Below, in pieces: positions 35,732 to 44,108 of a stretch of 64,000 bases of DNA. Below the pieces are notes generated by a model that ran no database searches, was not told the origin of the DNA, and saw nothing but the letters and a program-made list of their open reading frames with translations. The DNA comes from Terriglobia bacterium (GTDB lineage: Bacteria; Acidobacteriota; Terriglobia; 20CM-2-55-15): assembly GCA_965206125.1 (NCBI GenBank), contig CBDBIN010000045.1, positions 580,531 through 644,530 of the forward strand. Direction: 5' to 3'. Within the stretch, counting starts at the first letter, position 1, and every line of letters begins with the position of its first letter. The translations under genes and the position numbers were made by a program.

Positions 35732-37651
35732 ATGCAGCCGCGGAAAGTGGCAGTATTCTTGATTTTTTGCCTGTCGGTCACTTTGACGGTGTTCGCGCAA
35801 CAGAAAAAACCGCCGGAGAAGCCGAAGGTTCCGACCATCGAGCAGCATGACGCCATCGAGCAAGCGCACGAAGGAATCTTCGCAAATGCTGAAGACAAGG
35901 CTGCCGAAGCGAGCCGTCTGACCGAAGCATTGGCGGGTATGCTTCCCGCCTCCTTCGAGGTGGGAGAGATCCCACGCAAGAACCTCGTCGACGACCACAT
36001 CTTCGGTCGGATCGAGCGAGACGGCATTCCCCACTCCCCTCTGGCAAGCGACACCGAGTTCATCCGGCGTGCGTACCTCGATGCCACGGGCTTGATACCG
36101 AGTCCTGAAGCCGTGCGGGAGTTCGTCGCCAGCGACGACCCCGACAAGCGCGACTCCCTGATCGACTCCCTGATCGGAACCGAAGAGTTTGCCGAGCAGT
36201 GGGCCTGGTTCTGGGGCGATCTGTTTCGGGTCCGTGACCAGTCGTTCCAGTGGTTCAACAAGCAATGGCTAAAGGCCGATCGACCGTATGACGAGGTCCT
36301 CTACGACCTCGTCACGACAGCGGCGAAGAGCCACACGATGATGCCGGCGCTGCAGTTCTACAGGGGCCCCCTCTATACCGCTACCCGTGCGGTAAGCCCG
36401 ACCGACGCCGACAACTACCACCTGATGGATCGGTTGGATTTCGTCGACGAAGTTTCCGTCGAAGTCGCGCGGATCTTCCTGGGACTCACGCTCGATTGCG
36501 TTTCCTGTCATGACGGCGCCGGGCATCTCGAAAACATCAACCTCTACCTGACCGGCAAGAAGCGAGCAGACTTCCATAGGAACGCGGCGTTCTTCGGAAA
36601 GATGCGCGCGGTGGTCAGTTACAGCGACCGCGCCCTGAACGTGTCGAACGCCAACACGATCATGGACAACGAGGCGGGCGGTTACGACACTGGAGATGAC
36701 GCTCCCTTCTACACGTTGGCGAAAGCCCGGTTCCCGCGGGATGGGGGCACATACGAGCCCGCGTTCCTCTTGACGGGCGAAGTGCCTCGTCCCAGCGAAG
36801 ATCCCCGCAAGGCGCTGGCCCGAATCATCCCGACTCACATCCAGTTCGGACGCGCTACCGCGAACCTGATCTGGAGCAAGCTCATGGTCGTTGGCTTTGT
36901 GGAACCCTACGATTCGTTCGATATGGCTCGTCTGGACCCGGACAACCCCCCGCCCGAGCCCTGGACGATCCAGCCGACCAACCCCGAACTGCTCGACGCG
37001 CTGGCCGAAGACTTTCGGGCGAACGGTTTCAGCATCCATCATCTGATCAAGACGGTCATGAAATCGAGCGCCTACCAGCTGTCGACGCAGTTTCCGGGAG
37101 AATGGAACGATGCGTACATCCCCTACTACTCCCGCCGGTTCGTTCGCGTTTTGACCGGGCCCGAGCTGGCCGACGTCATCGCTCAGGCGACCGATAGTCC
37201 CTACAACTTTGCGCTGAAGGGCCAAGCTGTCTCACGGGTGAAGCAGCTTGCCGCCCCGAACGGCGTGTCGAGTCGGCCAAGGGATGCCGAGGGACCCAAC
37301 GAAGGAACTGCACTCTACGCATTAATGCAGGCGTTCTTCCAGAGCACCCGTGAGACGCCGGCATTTCAGGGCAACAAAGCATCACCGATGCAAGCGATGT
37401 TGATGATGGTGTCGGACGTAGTCACCACCCGTTCGACCGCTAGCGAGGGAAGTCGATTGTTCCGTCTGCTGGAGTCGGACAGGACCCAGCAGGAGATCAT
37501 CGCCGAGATCTTTATAGCGACCCTGTCGCGACTACCTACCCCGGAGGAGATGGACGTCGGACTCCAGTTGATGGAGAAGGATCGAAAGACCGGCGTTGAA
37601 AATATTCAGTGGGCGTTGCTCAACAGCCCCGAGTTCCTGCTGAACCATTAG
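35732..37651 (+). CDS. DUF1549/DUF1553 (PSD1-type) secreted protein
   Basis: Signal peptide. LDCVSCHDGAGHLENINLYLTG is the conserved DUF1549 CxxCHD region. C-terminal ...QWALLNSPEFLLNH is the typical DUF1553 end. 639 aa. Confidence 0.7.
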   Translation: MQPRKVAVFLIFCLSVTLTVFAQQKKPPEKPKVPTIEQHDAIEQAHEGIFANAEDKAAEASRLTEALAGMLPASFEVGEIPRKNLVDDHIFGRIERDGIPHSPLASDTEFIRRAYLDATGLIPSPEAVREFVASDDPDKRDSLIDSLIGTEEFAEQWAWFWGDLFRVRDQSFQWFNKQWLKADRPYDEVLYDLVTTAAKSHTMMPALQFYRGPLYTATRAVSPTDADNYHLMDRLDFVDEVSVEVARIFLGLTLDCVSCHDGAGHLENINLYLTGKKRADFHRNAAFFGKMRAVVSYSDRALNVSNANTIMDNEAGGYDTGDDAPFYTLAKARFPRDGGTYEPAFLLTGEVPRPSEDPRKALARIIPTHIQFGRATANLIWSKLMVVGFVEPYDSFDMARLDPDNPPPEPWTIQPTNPELLDALAEDFRANGFSIHHLIKTVMKSSAYQLSTQFPGEWNDAYIPYYSRRFVRVLTGPELADVIAQATDSPYNFALKGQAVSRVKQLAAPNGVSSRPRDAEGPNEGTALYALMQAFFQSTRETPAFQGNKASPMQAMLMMVSDVVTTRSTASEGSRLFRLLESDRTQQEIIAEIFIATLSRLPTPEEMDVGLQLMEKDRKTGVENIQWALLNSPEFLLNH

Positions 37652-37695
37652 AGCGTCATACGGAGCGTCACAAGATTCGATTCGGGAGACAACAA

Positions 37696-39096
37696 GTGAG
37701 AAGGCTACACAAACCAACCCGACGGGACCTGCTGAAATTCGGAGGAATGGCGCTGGCCGCGGCCGCGGCCGACCAGATCGGCTGGCCCAGGCTTGCAAGC
37801 GCCGCACCAAAAGCCTCACCGCGTGGTACGGCTCGCAACGTCATCTTTATTGAACTGCCGGGCGCCATCAGCCCGATGGAGTGTTGGGACCTCAAGGACA
37901 CGCGGGAGACGCCGAAGGATCTCGACGTGCAAAAGGTCACATCGGACCTGTACATGTCGAAGACCCTGTTCCCGAACTACCTCGACTGGGCGCCGCGAAC
38001 GACGTTTGTCCGGTCGATGCGCGCCCCCGAACTTGCGCATTTCACCGGTCAGTATCACACCCAGACGGGCCGAAGCTTGAACCAGGCGGTAGCCAAGGAG
38101 ATCCCCGCTTTCGGAAGCGTAGTTGCCGCGGAATTGGATCACGAGCGCCGGGATACCGACGCTTTTCCGACCTACATCAGCATGGGTCTCGGAAAAGCAC
38201 GCGTGGGCGCCATCGGTGCGGGATTCTTTCCGCCCCAGTTCACCGGAATTAACCTCGATCCCGCCGCCGCATTCGACAGTTTCGGCGCCAAGCCCGGTGA
38301 ATCGGCGAATGCGGCTCTGATAGAGAGGTACGACGCTCTGATGAAGCTGTCGGAAGTGTCGCCCGCGGTTCGGTCGTCACTGGGAGATAAGGCCTCCGAC
38401 TACAGGGCGTTCTACCAAAACGCCTACCGCATCCTGGACGATCCCCGCTGGAAGAAAGTCTTCGATGTCAGCGAGGAAGAGAAGGAACGGTACGCAAACG
38501 GGTTCGGAATGGGCTGCATACTCGCCAAGAACATCATCGCGGCCGATGCGGGCACCCGCCTGGCCTACGTCATCGATGGACGTCAGCCATGGGATCACCA
38601 CAGCTTCATCTTTGATCGCACCAAGAGATCGAACCACTACGTCACTTGCCTGGCGTGGGACAACGCGTTCAGCAACCTCATCAAGGACCTGGACGCGATG
38701 CCCGGCCGCGAAACCGGCAATTCCCTGCTCGACGAAACCCTTGTCGTCGCTGCCAGCGAATTCGGCCGGATGCCGTACATGAACAACGTGGAGGGCCGCG
38801 ACCACTACGGAGAGACCTTTACGACCCTGTTCATCGGAGGCGGAGTGAGGAAGGAAACCCGGATCATCGGCGCGACCAACGAAGACTGTTCCAAGTGCAT
38901 CGACACCGGTTGGGAACACGCCGAACAGCCTGCGATGGATAACGTAATCGCCACGGTTTATTCGGCGCTCGGGATCGACTGGACGAAGAGCATCGAGAAC
39001 ACTCCGTCAGGCCGTGCGTACAACTTCCTGCAGACGGCTCCGATCGGCGGCGGGGAGATGCTCAGCGGTGATGCGATCGACGGGATATTTGAATAA
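37696..39096 (+). CDS. DUF1501 family protein (sulfatase/alkaline-phosphatase-superfamily-like), Tat signal
   Basis: GTG start gives VRRLHKPTRRDLLKFGGMALAAAAA. Has the usual pairing downstream of a DUF1549/DUF1553 gene. Motifs ...SEFGRMPYMNNVEGRDHYGETF... Confidence 0.65.
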   Translation: MRRLHKPTRRDLLKFGGMALAAAAADQIGWPRLASAAPKASPRGTARNVIFIELPGAISPMECWDLKDTRETPKDLDVQKVTSDLYMSKTLFPNYLDWAPRTTFVRSMRAPELAHFTGQYHTQTGRSLNQAVAKEIPAFGSVVAAELDHERRDTDAFPTYISMGLGKARVGAIGAGFFPPQFTGINLDPAAAFDSFGAKPGESANAALIERYDALMKLSEVSPAVRSSLGDKASDYRAFYQNAYRILDDPRWKKVFDVSEEEKERYANGFGMGCILAKNIIAADAGTRLAYVIDGRQPWDHHSFIFDRTKRSNHYVTCLAWDNAFSNLIKDLDAMPGRETGNSLLDETLVVAASEFGRMPYMNNVEGRDHYGETFTTLFIGGGVRKETRIIGATNEDCSKCIDTGWEHAEQPAMDNVIATVYSALGIDWTKSIENTPSGRAYNFLQTAPIGGGEMLSGDAIDGIFE

Positions 39097-39213
39097 TTAG
39101 CTTTTGGCGTTTTGCCTTTAGCGTTTAGCTATTGGCTTTCGGCTGTCAATCTTCACCTTTCTTATCCAACAGCCAGACGCCAACAGCCAACGGCTAACAG
39201 GCACGAACCGCCC

Positions 39214-40131
39214 ATGCGACAACTCCACGCAATATCCTTGATCCTGACGTTCGCCTGTCTGGCGTATTCGCAGGAACCGCAGGCCGGAGATCCGGTCGAG
39301 GAGCCGACTGCGGAGTCTCTTGAAGTAACGCCCCCTGCTCCTCCGCCCGCGCCGCCCGGCATGGCTTTGGTGCCTTCCGGAGAGTTCTGGATGGGCCGTG
39401 TGCACTTCTTCGTGGTCGATGCGATCGGATGGTTCGAGCGGGACCGCCAGGACAACACACCGGCCCATCGGGTGCATCTGGATGCGTTCTACATCGATCG
39501 AACCGAAGTCACGAACGAAGACTACGCGAAGTTCGTCGCCGCAACCGGGCGCACCAGTCCGTGGCAGTGGCCGAAAGGCGAAATCCCTGAAGGTGACGAA
39601 GGGATTCCGGCCTACAACGTGAGTTGGGATGACGCCAACGTGTATTGCGGACGGGTCGGCAAACGACTGCCGACGGAAGCCGAGTGGGAGAAGGCCGCTC
39701 GCGGTGGGCTTGACCGAAATAGGTTCCCATGGGGCGATGAAGGAATGGGGCTGGGAGGATACGAGGTCAACGACGACAGCCTGGCCGCGAAGACGGGACG
39801 CCGCGCCCACACGAACTATCCCTTCGGTCCGGGGCCGGTCGCCTCATACCCCGAGAACGACTACGGACTGTATGACATGTCGGGCAATCTCTGGGAGTGG
39901 GTCGACGACTGGTACTACCGCAACTACTACAGCATCAGCCCCCTGGAGAATCCGCCGGGGCCCGAAGATGGGACCTACAAGATCATCCGTGGCGGCGGCT
40001 GGTCCGACAGCGACGACCGCAACCTGATGAACCACTTTCGCAGCTACGCAGACCCTGAAGTCCGATCGACAACGGTGGGGTTCCGCTGCGCACAGTCCGT
40101 ACCCGTTCCCGCACCACCGAGTCCCCGCTAA
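39214..40131 (+). CDS. formylglycine-generating-enzyme-family protein (SUMF1/EgtB/PvdO-type FGE-sulfatase domain), secreted
   Basis: MALVPSGEFWMG...RVHLDAFYIDRTEVTNEDYAKFV...NVSWDDANVYCGRVGKRLPTEAEWEKAARGG...YDMSGNLWEWVDDWY...IIRGGGWS. Confidence 0.75.
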   Translation: MRQLHAISLILTFACLAYSQEPQAGDPVEEPTAESLEVTPPAPPPAPPGMALVPSGEFWMGRVHFFVVDAIGWFERDRQDNTPAHRVHLDAFYIDRTEVTNEDYAKFVAATGRTSPWQWPKGEIPEGDEGIPAYNVSWDDANVYCGRVGKRLPTEAEWEKAARGGLDRNRFPWGDEGMGLGGYEVNDDSLAAKTGRRAHTNYPFGPGPVASYPENDYGLYDMSGNLWEWVDDWYYRNYYSISPLENPPGPEDGTYKIIRGGGWSDSDDRNLMNHFRSYADPEVRSTTVGFRCAQSVPVPAPPSPR

Positions 40132-40883
40132 CCGCCCGGTGGCCTGCATTCCGGGCTGAGAGAGTCCATAGCTGTCAGGCTGATCTGGTCACCGTCGTCA
40201 CGTCTTGCAAGCGCGCCCTTTACGAGCATCTTGTGCCCCTCGTGCGCCTCGGAGTCGAACCCGCCGAGCATGAAGAAGTTCCCCAATCCGAAAGTGAGCG
40301 TGCCGAGCGGCCGCGTCTGGGCCATCTTCAGTTCCTCGGGGGTGCCCTGCTCAGTATTCCTGGCCCGAATCGGCCTGCTGGCCAAAGTGAGCATCCAGTC
40401 GCTACCCTCCCCACGGGTGAAGCAGCCGACAACTTCCGCAATGGCACGATCCGGAAGCGGCTGAGGGCCGCCTTCTCCTTCGATCCGGATCGCACCGAAC
40501 GTGGCCGGGTCCAGTTCGTTGTCGCCAGCAGGAAAGCCGTTCGCCCACAGGATGTACCCGAGAATGCTGCGGTAAGAGTTATCGTCGAACCAGGGTCCCG
40601 CCGGCGGCATCGTTTTCATGGTTTCGTACAGCGGTTCGAGCGTGTTCTCTCTCCACTTCTCGAAGAACCGGTCCCCGTAGAGTTCTTTTGCGGCGAAGCC
40701 GCCCGTGTCCTGACCGTGGCACTTGATACAAGTACCCTCGAAGAGCGTTCGGCCGCGCTGGGCCTGGGCATCCGTGTAAACTCCATCCCATACGGAATCG
40801 GCCGACGGGGACTGTCCCGAGGCTTCCGAGGCAACTGCGCCTACGGCCAGCGTCGCCATCAGTAGAACGCTACTTCTGAACAT
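40128..40883 (-). CDS. secreted mono-heme c-type cytochrome domain protein
   Basis: Signal peptide. Single CIKCHG (CxxCH) motif. 251 aa. Confidence 0.6.
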   Translation of the reverse strand: MFRSSVLLMATLAVGAVASEASGQSPSADSVWDGVYTDAQAQRGRTLFEGTCIKCHGQDTGGFAAKELYGDRFFEKWRENTLEPLYETMKTMPPAGPWFDDNSYRSILGYILWANGFPAGDNELDPATFGAIRIEGEGGPQPLPDRAIAEVVGCFTRGEGSDWMLTLASRPIRARNTEQGTPEELKMAQTRPLGTLTFGLGNFFMLGGFDSEAHEGHKMLVKGALARRDDGDQISLTAMDSLSPECRPPGG

Positions 40884-40985
40884 GTCTCATCCGTATTCGA
40901 ACCCATCAAACGAAAGGAGCCCGGATGGGCTCCTTTCTGTTTCGAGTTGCCGAAGCGTGACTCGGCCTGACTTTCGATGCCACTC

Positions 40986-42614
40986 CTACTGCTGCGGCTT
41001 CTCCGCCAGAGTCTTGACCACACAAGTGGCCGCCCGGCAATGGTCCGAGTTGACCGCACCCAGGCTTTCCAGGAAAACGACCGTCTCCGGGTACTGTAGG
41101 TTGTGGGGTTTCGGCCCGTTGGCCATGTCCGCCACCGTATCACCGGTCTCCTGGTCGACGTCCCGGTCCGTTTCGCCGATGCCGCCGAAGACTACAGAGG
41201 CCCGCGCCTTGACGTCCGCGCCGGCAGCGACCAGGTAGGCAATTACTTCATGGTTGGCCGTCAGCGCCGCACCGTGTAGCACCGTGTAGCCCTGCTTGTC
41301 TGCTCCATTCGGGTCGGCGCCGATTTCCTCAACGAGATACCTCACGGCATCCAGGCGTGCATCCGGGACCACATTACTGGTCTGGGGCTCGAGGCCGAAT
41401 CCCGCCGCAGCCTGCAGGGGCGAACCGCCTACGAGGGATCGGATTGCCGGATTTGCACCGGCAGCCAGGAGCAGACGCATCGCGGCGATGTCATTCGACT
41501 TGGCTGCTCGCCAGAAAGCCGTCGCACCTTCTTGTTTGATCCAATCACCATGGAAGGTCCGGAACCACAGCTTCTTGCCCAACCGGGCGTCCAGATCTGC
41601 TCCGGACTCGATCAGCGCAGCCATGAGATCCAGGTAGTGGACCTCTTCTTCGGATACGCTCGGCGCGGGATACCAGGTACGAGCGGCCCACTGAGAGTCA
41701 ACCGCTGCATAGAGCGGCGTCCATCCTCCCATGGTCGCAAGATTAGGATCCGCGCCTTGCTCGACGAGGAACATCGCAATGTCAAAGCCGCCATTGATGA
41801 TCGCCGAAACGAGCGGGCTCATCCCATCCGCGGCGTTCACCACGTTGACGTCCGCGCCACCAGCCACCAGTTCATGGACGACTTCGGCGTGCCCTTCGCG
41901 AGTCGCGAACAAGATTGCAGTCATCCCGCCCATGACCGGTAGATTCGATGCCCCCTCCACCCTGGTCTGCTGGGAACGATTTGGGTCTTGCCGCAGACGA
42001 TACCGGTACTCGCGCTTGATGATCTCGCTGACGTTCGTGTTCACGTCCAGATCGGCGCCTCTTTCGGCCAGAAGCCTTACGGCTGGGGTCCGGCCGAGCG
42101 ACGATGCGAACATCACGGCGGTTTGACCGTTGGTCGTGTCTTGCGCGTTCACATCGGCACCGCGGTCCAGGAGAATATCCAGGGAGGCCTCGCTCCCCGC
42201 AGCCGCCGCTAACATGAGAGGTGTCGTGCCGTTGGTATTGGTCGATCGGGCATCGGCTCCGGCGTCGAGCAGGAGCTCTATCATTTCTGCGCTGCCGTTC
42301 TTGGCAGCCATGAACAGCGGGGTGATATCGCCCAGTCGAGTCTTCGGACCGATCTCGGCCCCGGCATCCACGAGCAACCGGGCCATTTCCGCGTTGTCCC
42401 GGTACGCTGCCCAATGCAGCGCCGTTGTCCCGTCGCCTTGCGCCACGTTTACATCTGCCTGCCCGGCGGCGAGCAGGGAACGAACCGCTTCCAGATCACC
42501 ACGCATGGCCGCATTCGCGAGCGGGGCGTCCGGTGCGTACGCCAGAACCTGCCCACCCGTAACCGCGAGCAACGACACCAGGCACAAACCGGTAATTATG
42601 CTTTTGCCGAACAT
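40986..42614 (-). CDS. ankyrin-repeat protein, secreted (paralog of 30030..31541)
   Basis: Signal peptide plus repeated ANK units (DGTTALHWAAYRDNAEMARLLVDAGAEI...). 542 aa. Confidence 0.75.
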   Translation of the reverse strand: MFGKSIITGLCLVSLLAVTGGQVLAYAPDAPLANAAMRGDLEAVRSLLAAGQADVNVAQGDGTTALHWAAYRDNAEMARLLVDAGAEIGPKTRLGDITPLFMAAKNGSAEMIELLLDAGADARSTNTNGTTPLMLAAAAGSEASLDILLDRGADVNAQDTTNGQTAVMFASSLGRTPAVRLLAERGADLDVNTNVSEIIKREYRYRLRQDPNRSQQTRVEGASNLPVMGGMTAILFATREGHAEVVHELVAGGADVNVVNAADGMSPLVSAIINGGFDIAMFLVEQGADPNLATMGGWTPLYAAVDSQWAARTWYPAPSVSEEEVHYLDLMAALIESGADLDARLGKKLWFRTFHGDWIKQEGATAFWRAAKSNDIAAMRLLLAAGANPAIRSLVGGSPLQAAAGFGLEPQTSNVVPDARLDAVRYLVEEIGADPNGADKQGYTVLHGAALTANHEVIAYLVAAGADVKARASVVFGGIGETDRDVDQETGDTVADMANGPKPHNLQYPETVVFLESLGAVNSDHCRAATCVVKTLAEKPQQ

Positions 42615-42675
42615 TCGTTACTTTCCTCCGGTTGTCTTGTCTCCAAAATTTATCGATCTCGAATAAGTTGCGGAG

Positions 42676-44049
42676 CTAGATGGCAATCGTGCCGGTGCTG
42701 TCACCGATGGTTTCGATATTCACACCGAGCTTATTTGCAATCGTCAACAGCAGGTTGGCCTGCGGCGTCCCATCCGCTTCTCGGACGTGGAGGTTGCCTT
42801 TGAGGGCCCCGGAGGCGTGACCGATCAGGACCATAGGCACCCGCTTGTGGCCGTGGATGTTGCCGTCACCCATCGGGCTGCCGTAGAAGACCAGCGAGTG
42901 ATCCAGCAGGTTCCCGTCGCCATCAGGCGTGTTCTTCAGCTTGTCGATGAAGTAGGACAGCAACCCGACGTGGTATCGATTGATCTTCGTAATGTCCTCG
43001 ATCAGCGAAGGCTTCGCCTGGTGGTGCGACGCGGTGTGGAACGGCGCATCGCTGCCACTCTCGGAGAAAACACGGTTGCTCGTATCCCTGCTCAGCTTCA
43101 AGGCGGAAACACGCGTTACGTCCCCCGCGAAGGCCAGCGCCTGGAGGTCGTACATCAACTTGACGTGGTCTTCCCAGGAATCCGGCACGCCGATCGGCGC
43201 GGTCGGTAGTTCCCTGTCGGCGCCGTGGGCGACGTTGTATTCCTCGACCCTCTGGATCCGACGCTCGATCTCGCGAATGTTTTCCAGGTAGTCGGAGAGC
43301 CGCGCCTGATCGACAGGGTCCAGATCGCGCTGGAGACGGGCCACATCGTGGGTGATGACGTCCAGAATGCTCTTATTGATCTGACTCCGGGCCGCCCGAT
43401 CCTCTGCGGTGCCTCCCGAGCCGAACAGTTCCTCGAACGCCAATCGCGGATCCCGCGTCATCGGTAACGGTGTCGTCGGCGACGACCAGCTGATCGTGTC
43501 CATGTAGAAACAGCTGTAGTGGTAGCCGCACGTGCCCGACGAATCCCAATCCTCGATGCTCAACTGGATCGACGGCAGCGGCGTGTCCTGCCCGTACTTG
43601 TGGGCATATAGCTGATCGATCGATGTGCCGTTGTAGACATCGGATCCCTCTGTCTGTTTTGCGTGGGCTCCGGTCATGAACACGGCGCTGGATCTGAAGT
43701 GGTCGGCACCGACTTCCTCGGCCGAGATCGCGTCGGCCGAACCGCAGTCAGTGTCGCTGACGATCGTCGTGTACTCTTGGAACGGTCCGAGCGGTTCCAA
43801 GGCCTTGCCGAACTCGAAGTCCCGTCCGACAGTACCCGGCGACCAGAGATTGTTCTCGGTTCCGTACATCGTACTTCCGCCGGCCCCATGGACGATCTCG
43901 ATCCCCGCAAAACGGGTACGGGGTGCGGCCGCGGTGTTGCGGATCGGGGTCTGTGCCGGAACCATAGATTCCATCAATGGCAGTGCCAACGCTACTCCCG
44001 TACCGCGAAGCATCGTCCGCCGTGAAATATGTTTTTTTGTGATAAACAT
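42676..44049 (-). CDS. DUF1552 (HXXSHH) family protein with Tat signal (paralog of 31622..32959)
   Basis: MFITKKHISRRTMLRGTGVALALPL; HTASHH; C-terminal ...DGDGNLLDHSLVFYGSPMGDGNIHG... Confidence 0.7.
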   Translation of the reverse strand: MFITKKHISRRTMLRGTGVALALPLMESMVPAQTPIRNTAAAPRTRFAGIEIVHGAGGSTMYGTENNLWSPGTVGRDFEFGKALEPLGPFQEYTTIVSDTDCGSADAISAEEVGADHFRSSAVFMTGAHAKQTEGSDVYNGTSIDQLYAHKYGQDTPLPSIQLSIEDWDSSGTCGYHYSCFYMDTISWSSPTTPLPMTRDPRLAFEELFGSGGTAEDRAARSQINKSILDVITHDVARLQRDLDPVDQARLSDYLENIREIERRIQRVEEYNVAHGADRELPTAPIGVPDSWEDHVKLMYDLQALAFAGDVTRVSALKLSRDTSNRVFSESGSDAPFHTASHHQAKPSLIEDITKINRYHVGLLSYFIDKLKNTPDGDGNLLDHSLVFYGSPMGDGNIHGHKRVPMVLIGHASGALKGNLHVREADGTPQANLLLTIANKLGVNIETIGDSTGTIAI

Positions 44050-44108
44050 TGATCAACCTCTCCTCGATTGATTTGGGAACCTCTCGCACTCCACTAGGTT
44101 CTGAAAGA

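Noticed and set aside
39100-39213. Repetitive/imperfect palindromic intergenic sequence (TTAGCTATTGGCTTTCGGCTG ... CCAACAGCCAACGGCTAACAGG) upstream of the FGE-like gene
   Set aside because: About 70% complementarity only, and no further copies seen elsewhere in the window. Could be a degenerate operator but the evidence is too weak.
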